This document shows positions 16,744 to 32,922 of a DNA stretch of 64,000 bases, one piece after another. Under the pieces are notes generated by a model that saw nothing but the letters and a program-made list of their open reading frames with translations, was not told the origin of the DNA and searched no databases. The DNA is from Eledone cirrhosa (Eukaryota), in contig OZ024741.1 of NCBI GenBank assembly GCA_964016885.1, positions 297,538,001-297,602,000 of the forward strand, given 5' to 3'. Position 1 is the stretch's first letter; each line of letters opens with the position of its first letter. The position numbers and the translations under genes are program-made.

Positions 16744-19207
16744 AAAATGGAACGGGAACAAAACAGAGAGGCAGTACAAACAAAGGTTTATTAGTTTCAC
16801 GCTCTTGAGAGTGTGTGTGTGGGGGGGGGGGGGGGTTCGGGCATAAGCTTTTTTTCAGGAGAAAAGTGTGTGGGAAGAGAGTTCCAAGGGTGTGTAGGGG
16901 AGTGGAGCAGAGACATTTAGAAAAAAAGGGGGTGAGAGGAGACGGTGGAAGGGGTACAAATGAAAATAAATATGAAAAAATAATAATAAAAATAAAAATA
17001 AACATGAAGATAAACAAGTGGTGGAAGGGTGTAGGGGTGGTGGTGGGTGGAGTGGGGAGAGGGAGGCGGGGTGTCCGAGCGGGGAGGGCTGAAGGGTGTG
17101 TGTGTGTGTATGTGAATGTGAGAGTTGGGGGAAGAACGGGGTTCCATGTCCAGGAAAAGGTGTGTGGGGTGGGGTGTAGGTCGGTGTGTGTGTTGCGTGT
17201 GTGGATGGGGAGAGGTCAGAGGGGTTGGGGAGGGGGAGAGAGGATTCCGGAGGCTGAGTGTGTAAATATGTGGGGGTACGCACGTGTGTGTGGTGTTTAT
17301 ATGTATTGTGGATGTAGGTGGCGTGTGGGAAAAAAATTTTTGTGAGTGCATGTCCGTGGGTAAGTTCCTAATGTAGTTCAGTAGAGGGTGTGGTGGGTTG
17401 CCGGATATTTTCCTTGTGATGGAGTTGATTCGTGGGGGCGAGGTCCAATGTGTGTAATCCATGGTTGGGTTGGTCGGAAGAGGGGAGATGTGGGGTGCGC
17501 GCGCAACAGGAAGTGGTCAGAGGGTCAAGGCAGGAGGAGGGTTGTGTGTCTGTGTGTGCGGAGAGGTGGTCAGAGGGTCAGGGCATAGCAGCAGTAGGGG
17601 AGAATGGCAGGGGAAGAAAGTCGGTGTGTCAGTGTGTGCAGAGGTGCGGTGGACAGGGGAGAGGATGGGTAGGTGTGAAAGGTGGAGTGGGGAAGGGGTC
17701 GTGCGGGGGGATGGTGTGTGTATTAGTAGAGGTGTTAGTGGGATGTGTGTGTGTGTGTGAAGGGGTGTGGGTGGAGCGGAGAGAGGGAGAGAGGTGTGGG
17801 GGACGGTAGAGGGAGTGTGGTGTACTGGTGTGTGTGTGCGTGTTTGGATCAGTGTGTGTGTGGCGAAGGGGTGTGAGTGGGTGTTAGTATACTGGTGGTG
17901 GGGAAAGGATTGAATGCGGGTGTGTTAGTGGGGGTCAATGGTGGTAGGGTGTGTAGAGTGGATGGTGTAAGTGGATGTGGGTGGGTGTTCGTGTGCGTGG
18001 GGTCGGGGGGATGTTAGTATTGTTAGTTGGGGGAGGGTAGTCGGGGGTGGGGTGGGGGGCTTAGTATTGTTAGTTGTGGGGTGGGCGGTGAAAAGGAGGA
18101 GTGTGTTAGTGGTGTTAGTGGGAGATATGTGTGGGGGTGGGAACAGGGCGGTCGAAGGTTAAAGGAATAGGGGTGGGGAGTTCAGGCCGGAGGTAGGGTG
18201 AAGATGGTGCGTTGTTCGACCCTGAGGAGGGTGGCGGGTGTACCGTGGCATTGGAATAGGCCACAGACTGTGAGGTTGTGCGCGGAATGTCCAGGGGAGC
18301 CAAAGTAGCGGGCGAGGGGGGAACTACCGCCGAGACGAATATCCCGGAGGTGTTCGGTAAAACGGTCCGCCAGGCGACGTCCAGTCTGTCCGACGTAGGT
18401 TGCGCTACACTCCGTGCAGCGAAGTCCATAGACTAGGTTGGAGGAGGTGCAGCGGAAGGCGTGCCGGACAGAGAGAGAGTGGCCGTTGGGACCCTGGAAG
18501 GTGGTGGTGTTGGTGATGTGGGGAAAGGTGTTGCAACGAGGCCTGGAACAGGGAAGGGAACCGGGGGGGGGGGGAGCTGCGAACGAGGAGGGTGCGGAGA
18601 TTGCGTGCGCGTTTGAAGGAGGGGAGTGGTGGGGCTGGGAAGATGTGGGAGGTGGAGGGGTCGGACTGGAGGCGTCGGAAGAGGCGGAGCATGGTGCGGT
18701 GGAGGGGTAGGGTGGGGGGTAGGTGATGGGGAAGGGGAGACGGTGGGTGGGTGTGCGGTGGCGTGGGGTGAGGGTGGTGGAGCGGTGGACAGCACGGGCG
18801 TGAGTGAGGGCGGTGTGGACGAGGGAGGGGGGGGGGGTAACCTCTGCGGATGAAATGGCTTACTAGGGAAAGGGCCTGGGACTCAAAGTCAGCATCTTAG
18901 CTACAGAGGCGGCGGGTGCTGAGGAGTTGGGAGTAGGGAATAGAGGGTTTAGTGTATGTAGGGTGGGAGGAGGTGAAGTCGAGGTAGGAGTGGGAGTCGG
19001 TGGGTTTGAAGAAGGAGGAGGTGACGAGGAGTGGTGGGAGGAGTCGAAGGCGACGGAGGTGTCTAAGAAGTGGGCGTGGGTGGTGGAGATAGAGGTGGTG
19101 AAGTGGAGGGAGGGGTGGAAGGAGCAGAAGAAGGAGAGAAAGGAGTCGAGCTGTTCTCGGGTGAGGGTCGTGGTTCCGATGCAGTCGTCGATGTACCGAC
19201 CGTACAG
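16740..19207 (-). mobile_element. 5'-truncated, frameshifted Neptune-like Penelope element
   Basis: The minus strand gives YGRYIDDCIG, HFLD, SFKRARNLRTLLVRS, the linker CSRPRCNT and the GIY-YIG segment CTSSNLVYGLRCTECSATYVGQTGRRLADRFTEH. It has a long C/CA-rich 3' UTR, and its end resembles 60775-60980. Confidence 0.85.
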
Positions 19208-19217
19208 ATATATATAT

Positions 19218-21801
19218 GTTGACTGGTTCACAAAAAGCCTGCCACCAGGTTCTTCTGCCTCAACCTCTGACAGGGAAGCTGTGGAATCGCTTCTTGACTT
19301 CATGGATGATTTCTTCCTATCCCAACTGGTGCTCGAACCAACGAGGTGCCACAAAAACGTCCTAGACTTAATTTTCAGCAATCACACTGACAATATCCAC
19401 AATATTGCAGTGGAGAAAACTCTACTCTCTGATCATGACATGGTTCTCTGTGATCTGAGATTCCACCGTCCAATATACAAACCCAATGTCATCTCTCCTG
19501 TCCATCCGTTTGACGCTATGGATTTCCACAATGCAAACTGGGAAGCGATCAGTCATGATCTTGCACATGTCGACTGGTCCTTCACGCACACTCATACACC
19601 CACTAACATCAAAAAGTCCTGGCAGACATTTGTGGACACTGTTACAAACATATGTGCTAAACACACCCCATTAAGAACTATAAACAAATCTAAGAGCAGA
19701 ATCCCTAGAAATAGAAAAACGCTCATCAGAAAAATTAAGAGAACGAACAAAAAAATCAACAAGCTGAAATACTGTCAGCAGCAACACATCAACTTGACTG
19801 CCATTTCATCACTAGAGATTAAAAAACATAACCTCCAAAACAACATAATGTCCCTCGTCAACAATCAGAGAAGAGCTGAAGAGGCCTGGGCCATTGAGAA
19901 GATCAAACTCAATCCCAAAGTGTTCTTTTCATTTGCAAAAAAACACAAAATCACTGGCTCTACTGTTGGCCCTCTAATTGATGAAAATGGCACTCTTCAA
20001 GACAATGCTAAAACCATGGGTGAGATACTGCAGAAACAATACTGCTCTGTTTTCAGCAATCCTGATATGGCCGATCTGGGCTGTATCGGCGATGTTACTC
20101 CCCATTACACCTTATCGGACATAACGTTTGGCGCCCCTGATGTCTTGGCGGCAATAAAGGAAATCAAGCATAATTCAGCAGTAGGTCCCGATAGGTTCCC
20201 TGCTTGTGTCTTGAAGGCGTGTCAACACCAACTTGCATCTCCTCTTGCCAATCTGTGGCGGAACTCACTGGATGCTGGATATGTGCCAGAAAACCTTCTA
20301 TCCCAGTCTGTTGTCCCAGTTTTCAAAAAGGGAAACAAATCCCTTGCCGTGAATTACCGTCCAATCTCACTCACCTCTCATATCATTAAGGTATTTGAGC
20401 GAGTGGTGAGATCGCGAATGACCCACTTCCTTGAGAGTAACAATATGCTGAACTCCAACCAGCATGGATTCCGTAATGGAAGGGATTGCCTGACGCAGCT
20501 ACTGCATCACTTTGATGACATTTTGAGAGCCTTGGGAGAGGGTTCCAACACTGATGTTATCTACCTTGATTTCAGCAACGCCTTTGACAGGGTTGATCAT
20601 AACATTCTACTGAGAAAGCTGTCCAATATTGGTGTCACTGGAAAGCTGCTGCAGTGGATCAAGAGCTTCCTGTCAAACAGAACCCAACATGTTGTAGTTG
20701 AGGGAGTCAAATCAAGCCCAGCCAAAGTCAGTAGTGGGGTCCCACAAGGCACTGTGTTGGGCCCACTTCTCTTCATCATCTATATTAATGACATCACTGA
20801 CATCATCAAACACAGCAACATTAAAATTTTCGCTGATGATTCCAAACTCCAAAAGGTCATCAATGGCGTGGATGACCAGATAAGCCTTCAGTCAGACCTA
20901 CTGGCTGTTACCCAATGGGCAGAAAAGAACAACATGTTACTGAACGAAGACAAATTCGAACTGATCCACTTTGGAAAAGAGGATGCTCTGAAACTCCCGT
21001 ACTCCCTTCCCTCCGGGGAAACTCTCGTGGCATCTAACAACATCAGAGACTTGGGAGTAACCGTGGACAGCAACATAAGCTGGACCACGCATATAAGCAG
21101 CAAAGTTGACATGGCCCGCAGAATGTGTTCCTGGATCCTCAGAACCTTCCAGTCGAGAGATTCCCGCACCATTATCCTTCTCTTCTCTACTTTCGCCCGA
21201 CCACACCTTGAATACTGTTGTCCACTGTGGTCTCCCCACACGAAACAAAGTATCATGAAACTTGAAGCTCCTCAAAGGGCAATCACGAAAAAGATAGATG
21301 GCATGTCAGACCTTGACTACTGGGGTCGATTAGAAAACCTGAAACTTTACTCACTCCAACGTCGCCGTGAGCGTTATATTATCTGCATGATGTGGAAAAT
21401 GTTCCATCATCACTGCCCAAATGATGTTGGCATCGCCTTCAAGATACACCCAAGGCTTGGGCCCCGTGCTATCCGTCCCATTCAAAAATCTAAATCGCAA
21501 CTCATAACAACAATACGGCACAATTATTTCACCTCAATCGGCCCTGCTCTCTTCAACATCACACCAGGACACGTCAAAACAGAAACTGACCACACAAAAT
21601 TCAAGAAGTCTTTGGACAAATTCCTCCAAGTAATCCCGGACAAACCACCCACACCCGGATATGTCTCCGCAAACAGTAATTCTCTTCTCGAATGGGCCAT
21701 GGTGCCCAAATCCTGAATTGAAAGACTTCGCCAGGTGGTGCTATTAAGTTAGACATGGCCTGGGCCAATACTGGCCAAAACATTTCAAAGTTATTCAAAG
21801 T

Positions 21802-21803
<2 letters not shown>
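19218..21803 (+). mobile_element. CR1-group LINE family A, copy 1 (5'-truncated; ORF2 part 19218-21716 open)
   Basis: APE C-terminus (LDLIF, SDH) and RT motifs (NYRPISL, YLDFSNAFD, GVPQG, FADD, LEYCCPLWSP); 3' (TTCAAAGTTA)2 then (TA)n. Confidence 0.95.
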
Positions 21804-21868
<65 letters not shown>

Positions 21869-22024
21869 GTATGTATATATATATGTATATGTATGTATAT
21901 ATATATGTATATGTATGTATATATATATGTATATGTATGTATATATATATGTATATGTATGTATATATATATATATGTATATGTATGTATATATATATGT
22001 ATATGTATATATATATATATGTAT

Positions 22025-22058
<34 letters not shown>

Positions 22059-22119
22059 ATGTATATGTATATGTATATGTATGTATATATACAGATATAT
22101 ATATATATATCTGTATATA

Positions 22120-23031
22120 TATAAAATTAAGTATGTATGTGTGTCTGTGTGTCTGTGTATTACCTATAGGGGCCTACATCTTACGACCGATTTTCATGAA
22201 ACTTTTCAGGCTCATAGATTAGTCACCGGGGAGTGTTTTTTATATATCAGCGTATCGTTTTTTTTTTTTTATTCTGGGGTCATTTTGCAGATAAAAATCG
22301 GGCGTCACCTTTTTGTAGGTATCGAAAAATAAGACTTTTGGCTCTAGCTCCCACATTTTGCCACTGATTTTGTTTAAATTTTAAAGCAAAATAGAATTTA
22401 TCATTCTACATCCTGTAATGGCTTTATATTTTGTGTTTGTTGTTCAGGAACGGCGTGGCAGCCGCTTAAATATTCGAAAATACCACCTTTTCGCTCAAAT
22501 TTCCGCCTTTTCGGTTCTAGCGTCCATATTAATCAACCTACTTTGTTCAAATTTTACACTACGCTAGATCTGATTATTTCACGTCTTAAAGTGGCTTTAC
22601 ATTTTGGATTTTTTGTTCAGGAACGGCGTGGCAGCCGCTTAAATATTCGAAAATACCACCTTTTCGCTCAAATTTCCGCCTCTTCGGTTCTAGCTCCCAC
22701 ATTTTTCAACCGATTTCGTTCAAATTCGAAACTTCGGCTCCACCTCACACATAAATCAATTTATTTTGTTCAACTTTTATACTACGATAGAACCTATCAT
22801 TGCACATCTTATAGTAGCTTTACACTTTGCATTTTTTGTTCGGGGACGGCGTGGCAGCCGTTTAACTCTTCAAAATATTCCCATGTATTCCATACGATTT
22901 CACTCAACATTTCGCCATTTGCTACACCTTACGACCGATTTTCAAGAAACTCGCAGTCGTTAAGATTAACACCTTTTCATCAAAGCAAATATTATTTTAC
23001 CTACCCAGGCAACGCTGGGTACTGCTGGTAG

Positions 23032-23033
<2 letters not shown>
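22120..23033 (-). mobile_element. Non-autonomous Helitron-like element with internal ~173-bp tandem repeats
   Basis: Minus-strand start TACTACCAGCAGTACCCAGCGTTGCCTGGG; units at about 22442, 22615 and 22838; reverse-complement homology to 3200-3818. Confidence 0.55.
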
Positions 23034-23119
<86 letters not shown>

Positions 23120-23120
23120 A

Positions 23121-26100
23121 CTCTTTTACTCTTTTACCTGTTTCAGCCATCCGGCTGAGGCCATGCTGGGGCACCGCCCTTGTTGCTACACATTTTATCT
23201 CCAGCCTGTATAGGTTGACCACTGGTGTAAGAGGGAGTTTGTTGCTGCTGCCCTTAGGTATCCCTCATGTCTTGCTGTGGGCTCATCCGGGATCCTGGAT
23301 AACAAGGCGTCGAGATGTTTCTTAAAGACATCCACCTCCACGTCATGCAAGTCTCTCAGATGCCTCGGCAGCCTGTTGAAGAGTTGAGGGCCCTTGAATC
23401 CCAGGCTATTGCAATACCTGCTCCTTATTCTAGATGTGGAAGACAGGACCTTAGGCACCACACAGTGACGTCCTGTTCGGTGGTTGGTCCAGCTCCCAAT
23501 GCCAAAGTTTGGTGCTAGTCCCTCCAGGATTTTCCACATGTAGATCACTGCGTATCTCTCCCGTCTTCGCTCCAAGGAGTAGAGGTTCAGTTCCTTTAGC
23601 CTCTCCCAGTAGCTTGTGTCCCTCATCTTGGCAATCCTCTTGGTGTAGCTTCGCTGGATTGCCTCAAGCTCTGTGGTTAGTTTGACACTATGGGGTGACC
23701 ACAACTGGGAGCAGTAGTCCAGGCGGCTTAGGACAAAAGTCCTCCACAGTGTCAACATGGTGTCTCGATCTCTTGTCCGGAAAGTCCTCAAGATCCAGCC
23801 AGCGAGTCGTCTGCACATTGTCGCCACTTTCATGATGTGTGAAGAAAAAGATGCATCATCGCTCATGTCTAAGCCCAGGTCTCGTATCGATTTTGACACG
23901 GGGATATCGGTCCCTCCTGGTCCTGTGTAGCTGTGTTCCACTATATTTGTGTTTGCAGGTTTGTATTGTAGGGCTTGGAATTTGCCAGCATTAAACTGCA
24001 TGTTGTTTTCTTCAGCCCATCTGTATATGGCATCCAGACCCTGCTGTAAAAGGGCAGCGTCAGCCGGGTTTTTGATTGCCTGTGCTACTTTAGTGTCATC
24101 AGCATAGCTAGTGAGGGATGTTGTTGCATGCACCACAGAGGGCATGTCCGAGAGAGCCACCAGAAACAGTAGTGGTCCCAGGACTGTCCCCTGGGGCACC
24201 CCACTTGTTATCGGTGTTTCCCTCGAGAGGGCGCCATTTGCTGCGACTGCCTGGCTTCTGTCCCTTAGGAAGCCATGCAGCCACTCACCTACTTTTCCAG
24301 TTATGCCGAGTCTGTGTAGTTTGTGACATATCATTCCGTGGTCGACCTTGTCAAAGGCCTTCGCAAAGTCAAGATATATCACGTCCACATGTGAGCTGTC
24401 TAGTAGTTGTCTCAGTACCCAGTCGTAGTGATGTAGCAGCTGTGTAAGGCAGCTTCTTCCTGGGCGGAAGCCATGTTGCGTGCTAGTCAGGCGGTCATTT
24501 TCTTCGAGGAAAGTGATTAGTTTCTTTCTGACGACTCCCTCCATGACCTTACTGATATGCGACGTCAGGGAGACTGGCCTATAGTTCTTGGCCTCCGCTC
24601 TACTACCTCCTTTATGGATAGGGAATATTGTGCCTTCTTTCAGCTCCCTGGGTAGTACACCGCTAGCCAAGGAGCTTCTGAAGAGCATCTTCAGTGGAGT
24701 TGCTAAGGCCCGCTTACATATTTTCAAGAGAACTGCTGGGAATCCATCAGGTCCAGCAGCCGAGTCTGTTCTAATTTCATCAATGGCGTACACCACATCC
24801 TCCTCCGTTATGTCTATGTGGTTGATGGTTGCCATTTCTTGATGTAGTGTTGTGGCATCAAAGAACTCCTCTGGCTTCGTTATTTGCATGTGCCTCAATG
24901 GACATGTGAAGACACTTTTGTACTGTTCGTTCAGTATTTCACATATCTCTTGGGGGTTTTCGGTTAATGAACCGTCCGTGTGGAAGAGTGGCCCAATCTT
25001 GCAGTGTACTGAGGCAGTTTCTTTTGCAAATTTAAAGAAGGCCTTAGGGTTTGTTTTAATGTTTTCTATGGCCCTGTTCTCTTTCTTTGCCCTCTCGTTC
25101 TCATGTGAAAGTTTGAGTGCAATCTCGGTGTCAAGTAGTGCACGTTTCAAATAGGATTCCTTCCTGTTTTTGTTTTGTTGACTATTCAACTGGTTTGAGA
25201 GTTTAGTTCTACGTCTCATAAGGATTTTCCTATCTCTGGGAATAAGATTTTTGTGTCTGTTTGCCTCTTTCTCCGGGACACACTTTTTGCATATAGTGTG
25301 TATCGTTGTCATGAAGTGTTGAAATTGTGTGTTAGTGTCTTGTGTGGCGGTGTTTTCACTCCATGTTTGCTTCCGGATTTCACTCTTAATCTTTTTCCAG
25401 TTAGCCTTGTAGAAGTTAAGGCTGGATAGCGTCTCGGAGCTTCTTGGTGGTTTTGTCTCTGTTGGTTCTCTTGGACCACATATCATTAGCTCTACTAAGT
25501 TATGATCCGAGAGAATTGTTGGTGTCACCTTTACATTGTGGATGAGCACTTCGTTGTTTGTAAAACAGAGGTCCAGGACATTTTCGCCTCTTGTTGGGAG
25601 GAGTATTGCTTGCTCCATGAACAGCCTGTGTGTGAGGGCCAGCAGGGATTCCGTCTGTCTCTGTTCTATTGACGTCATTCCAGGGAGGAGGTGGCCCTCA
25701 GGCCATTTGACCTTTGGTAGGTTGAAGTCTCCCAGCAGTAGGATGTTGAGACCCTGGTCCAGTTTGTCAAGGACCTCTTCTATCCTACTTAGGCTATCCT
25801 CAAATTTACCCTCATGACTGGGGGCATCGGGCGGCCGATATGTGACACATATTACTGTCTGTAGTTGCTTCATATGTATTATCAGTGTGTCACAGACTGA
25901 GTTTGAATGTGTCAACAGTACAATTGGTGTGACATCTTCACGGATATACAGAGCAACCCCACCATGAGTTCTCTCCTTCCTGTCCGAACGAAATACAGTA
26001 TATTTCGGTATATGTAATTCTGCATCTGCTATACTGCTTGTCAGGTGCGTTTCGGTTAGTGCCATGCATAGTGCTTGATTGCTTATGGCTAAGTCTCTCA

Positions 26101-26637
26101 GGTAGGAAATTTTACTCATGTTACTGAGTTTCACCAGGCCTCTGATATTCAGCAGCAGCACTGGTGTGATTCTTGGGGTGCCAGTAATGGCTGTCGGTAT
26201 GACACCTGGTCTGGTGTCAGCGGCGGCCACTCTGGCTCCCTTAACTGTGGTGGTCTCGAGTGCTGGTGTGGATGACCTTGGCTCTGGAGACGATGCAGCC
26301 AGGTCAGCTGTCCCACAATCTTCTCTGTCATCACTGAAAAATTTTTCTGCTCTGCTGCTGCCATCTGTATCTCGTCGGCATGTGCGTGCCTTCTCCTTGT
26401 TGGTGCGGCACGCGCGACATCAGCATACTACTGGGGCGGCTTATTTCGGCTTTGGCTAGGGCATGTTGCGCGAGTAGGATGGGCATAGTTCGTTTGAGAC
26501 CTAGGGTGGGCGAATCTGCATCCCATCCCTGTCTCTCCATGCCAGCATGTCCCGTTCTTGAAAAACTTGCACATTACTTGGGTTTTTTTGCTCCCAGTGT
26601 CTCGGTGCTTTCTGTTCTTCCTTTGAACAGTTGTCCA

Positions 26638-26640
<3 letters not shown>
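23121..26640 (-). mobile_element. CR1-group LINE family B in (TA)n, with an ORF1 remnant (CCCH finger [22 protein letters not shown])
   Basis: Intact ORF2; 3' end (GTAAAAGA)2; both ends abut (TA)n. Confidence 0.95.
23195..26230 (-). CDS. LINE ORF2: APE endonuclease + reverse transcriptase (1011 aa, intact)
   Basis: LLNIRG, LTETHL, YRPP, LGDFN, LDL, SDH; NYRPVSL, YLDFAKAFD, GVPQG, YADD. Confidence 0.95.
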   Translation of the reverse strand: MAAADTRPGVIPTAITGTPRITPVLLLNIRGLVKLSNMSKISYLRDLAISNQALCMALTETHLTSSIADAELHIPKYTVFRSDRKERTHGGVALYIREDVTPIVLLTHSNSVCDTLIIHMKQLQTVICVTYRPPDAPSHEGKFEDSLSRIEEVLDKLDQGLNILLLGDFNLPKVKWPEGHLLPGMTSIEQRQTESLLALTHRLFMEQAILLPTRGENVLDLCFTNNEVLIHNVKVTPTILSDHNLVELMICGPREPTETKPPRSSETLSSLNFYKANWKKIKSEIRKQTWSENTATQDTNTQFQHFMTTIHTICKKCVPEKEANRHKNLIPRDRKILMRRRTKLSNQLNSQQNKNRKESYLKRALLDTEIALKLSHENERAKKENRAIENIKTNPKAFFKFAKETASVHCKIGPLFHTDGSLTENPQEICEILNEQYKSVFTCPLRHMQITKPEEFFDATTLHQEMATINHIDITEEDVVYAIDEIRTDSAAGPDGFPAVLLKICKRALATPLKMLFRSSLASGVLPRELKEGTIFPIHKGGSRAEAKNYRPVSLTSHISKVMEGVVRKKLITFLEENDRLTSTQHGFRPGRSCLTQLLHHYDWVLRQLLDSSHVDVIYLDFAKAFDKVDHGMICHKLHRLGITGKVGEWLHGFLRDRSQAVAANGALSRETPITSGVPQGTVLGPLLFLVALSDMPSVVHATTSLTSYADDTKVAQAIKNPADAALLQQGLDAIYRWAEENNMQFNAGKFQALQYKPANTNIVEHSYTGPGGTDIPVSKSIRDLGLDMSDDASFSSHIMKVATMCRRLAGWILRTFRTRDRDTMLTLWRTFVLSRLDYCSQLWSPHSVKLTTELEAIQRSYTKRIAKMRDTSYWERLKELNLYSLERRRERYAVIYMWKILEGLAPNFGIGSWTNHRTGRHCVVPKVLSSTSRIRSRYCNSLGFKGPQLFNRLPRHLRDLHDVEVDVFKKHLDALLSRIPDEPTARHEGYLRAAATNSLLHQWSTYTGWR

Positions 26641-28481
<1,841 letters not shown>

Positions 28482-29059
28482 TTAATTAATTTATCCGCCA
28501 TAGAACCACATTGTCATACGGTTGGATAATACTTGTATCCCTATATATATTTTTTACACCTAGGAATACATAATTTATTATTATTAATATCCCCTAAGTT
28601 TGAGATAACACTTGGTCGTTTGGACTGCTGCTATTTCTGTCCACCCTGCCTTCTGTCTTTGCACACGGTACTAGACAAAATTCTTTCTTTCATCATTCAC
28701 TCTCATCTGGGAATAGTTTTGTATGGCGTCAGTTTGTGATTTAAACTCGGGAATTTTATATTCTCCGAGCGAGAAGAGCCTTCTGAAGAGAGTTCCCTTC
28801 TCAATGATGGTCCGCTTGGATTATCCGTTTATTTTGGAACTTAAAAGCGCGGTAAAGGCACATATATTTAGTACAGAGAATTTTTTAGTCCCAATACAAC
28901 CTCTCAGCAAGCATGGACAGTACCAACTGACCATCAAGCCCCAAGAGAAAATATACTTAAATCTAGGTATCATGGTTTCACATTGGAAGTTATGAGTGAG
29001 AGTTAGAAATAAAAATTAAAATTTAAAATAGATAATCCTAAATCAAATATCAGAAATTA

Positions 29060-29092
<33 letters not shown>

Positions 29093-29520
29093 ACAATTAG
29101 AAATTAAAAAATCTTTCAAGTGAGAATCCGGATTGAGGGGAGTAAAAAAAAATATATAGATTGAAGTGAGTAAATAATATGCAGAGAGATGTTTAAGTAA
29201 GAAGTTCTGAAAGGGGCACTAATGTCATCGTTACACTATTCACATGCTGAACGATAGTACCATACCGTAGAACGGAGGGTAAATTACAGTATGAAAGGCT
29301 GTAGTCAATCGGGTACATAGTCATAATTTTCATCACATGGAACAACCCCCCCAACAAAAAAAAACCAGATATAAAGTACACAAAAGAAAAGAACGAATAA
29401 TGAATAAGTGCAAAATCACATAGAGTAATATATGCAAAATGATCCATATGATTGTCAATTTGTCCATGTATAGATTGAATTGAGGGGGCGTCTGTTCAAA
29501 TGCGATTTGGTGCAGGAAAA

Positions 29521-32922
<3,402 letters not shown>

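Noticed and set aside
16815-18162. Gly/Val-rich ORFs and G-rich strand
   Set aside because: This is the low-complexity 3' UTR of the minus-strand PLE.
18927-21716. 929-aa ORF as a single protein
   Set aside because: Its first ~97 aa are the antisense of the Neptune-like element; the real LINE sequence starts at 19218.
22330-22960. Spaced repeats as a CRISPR array
   Set aside because: They are ~173-bp tandem units without unique spacers, in eukaryotic context with no cas genes.
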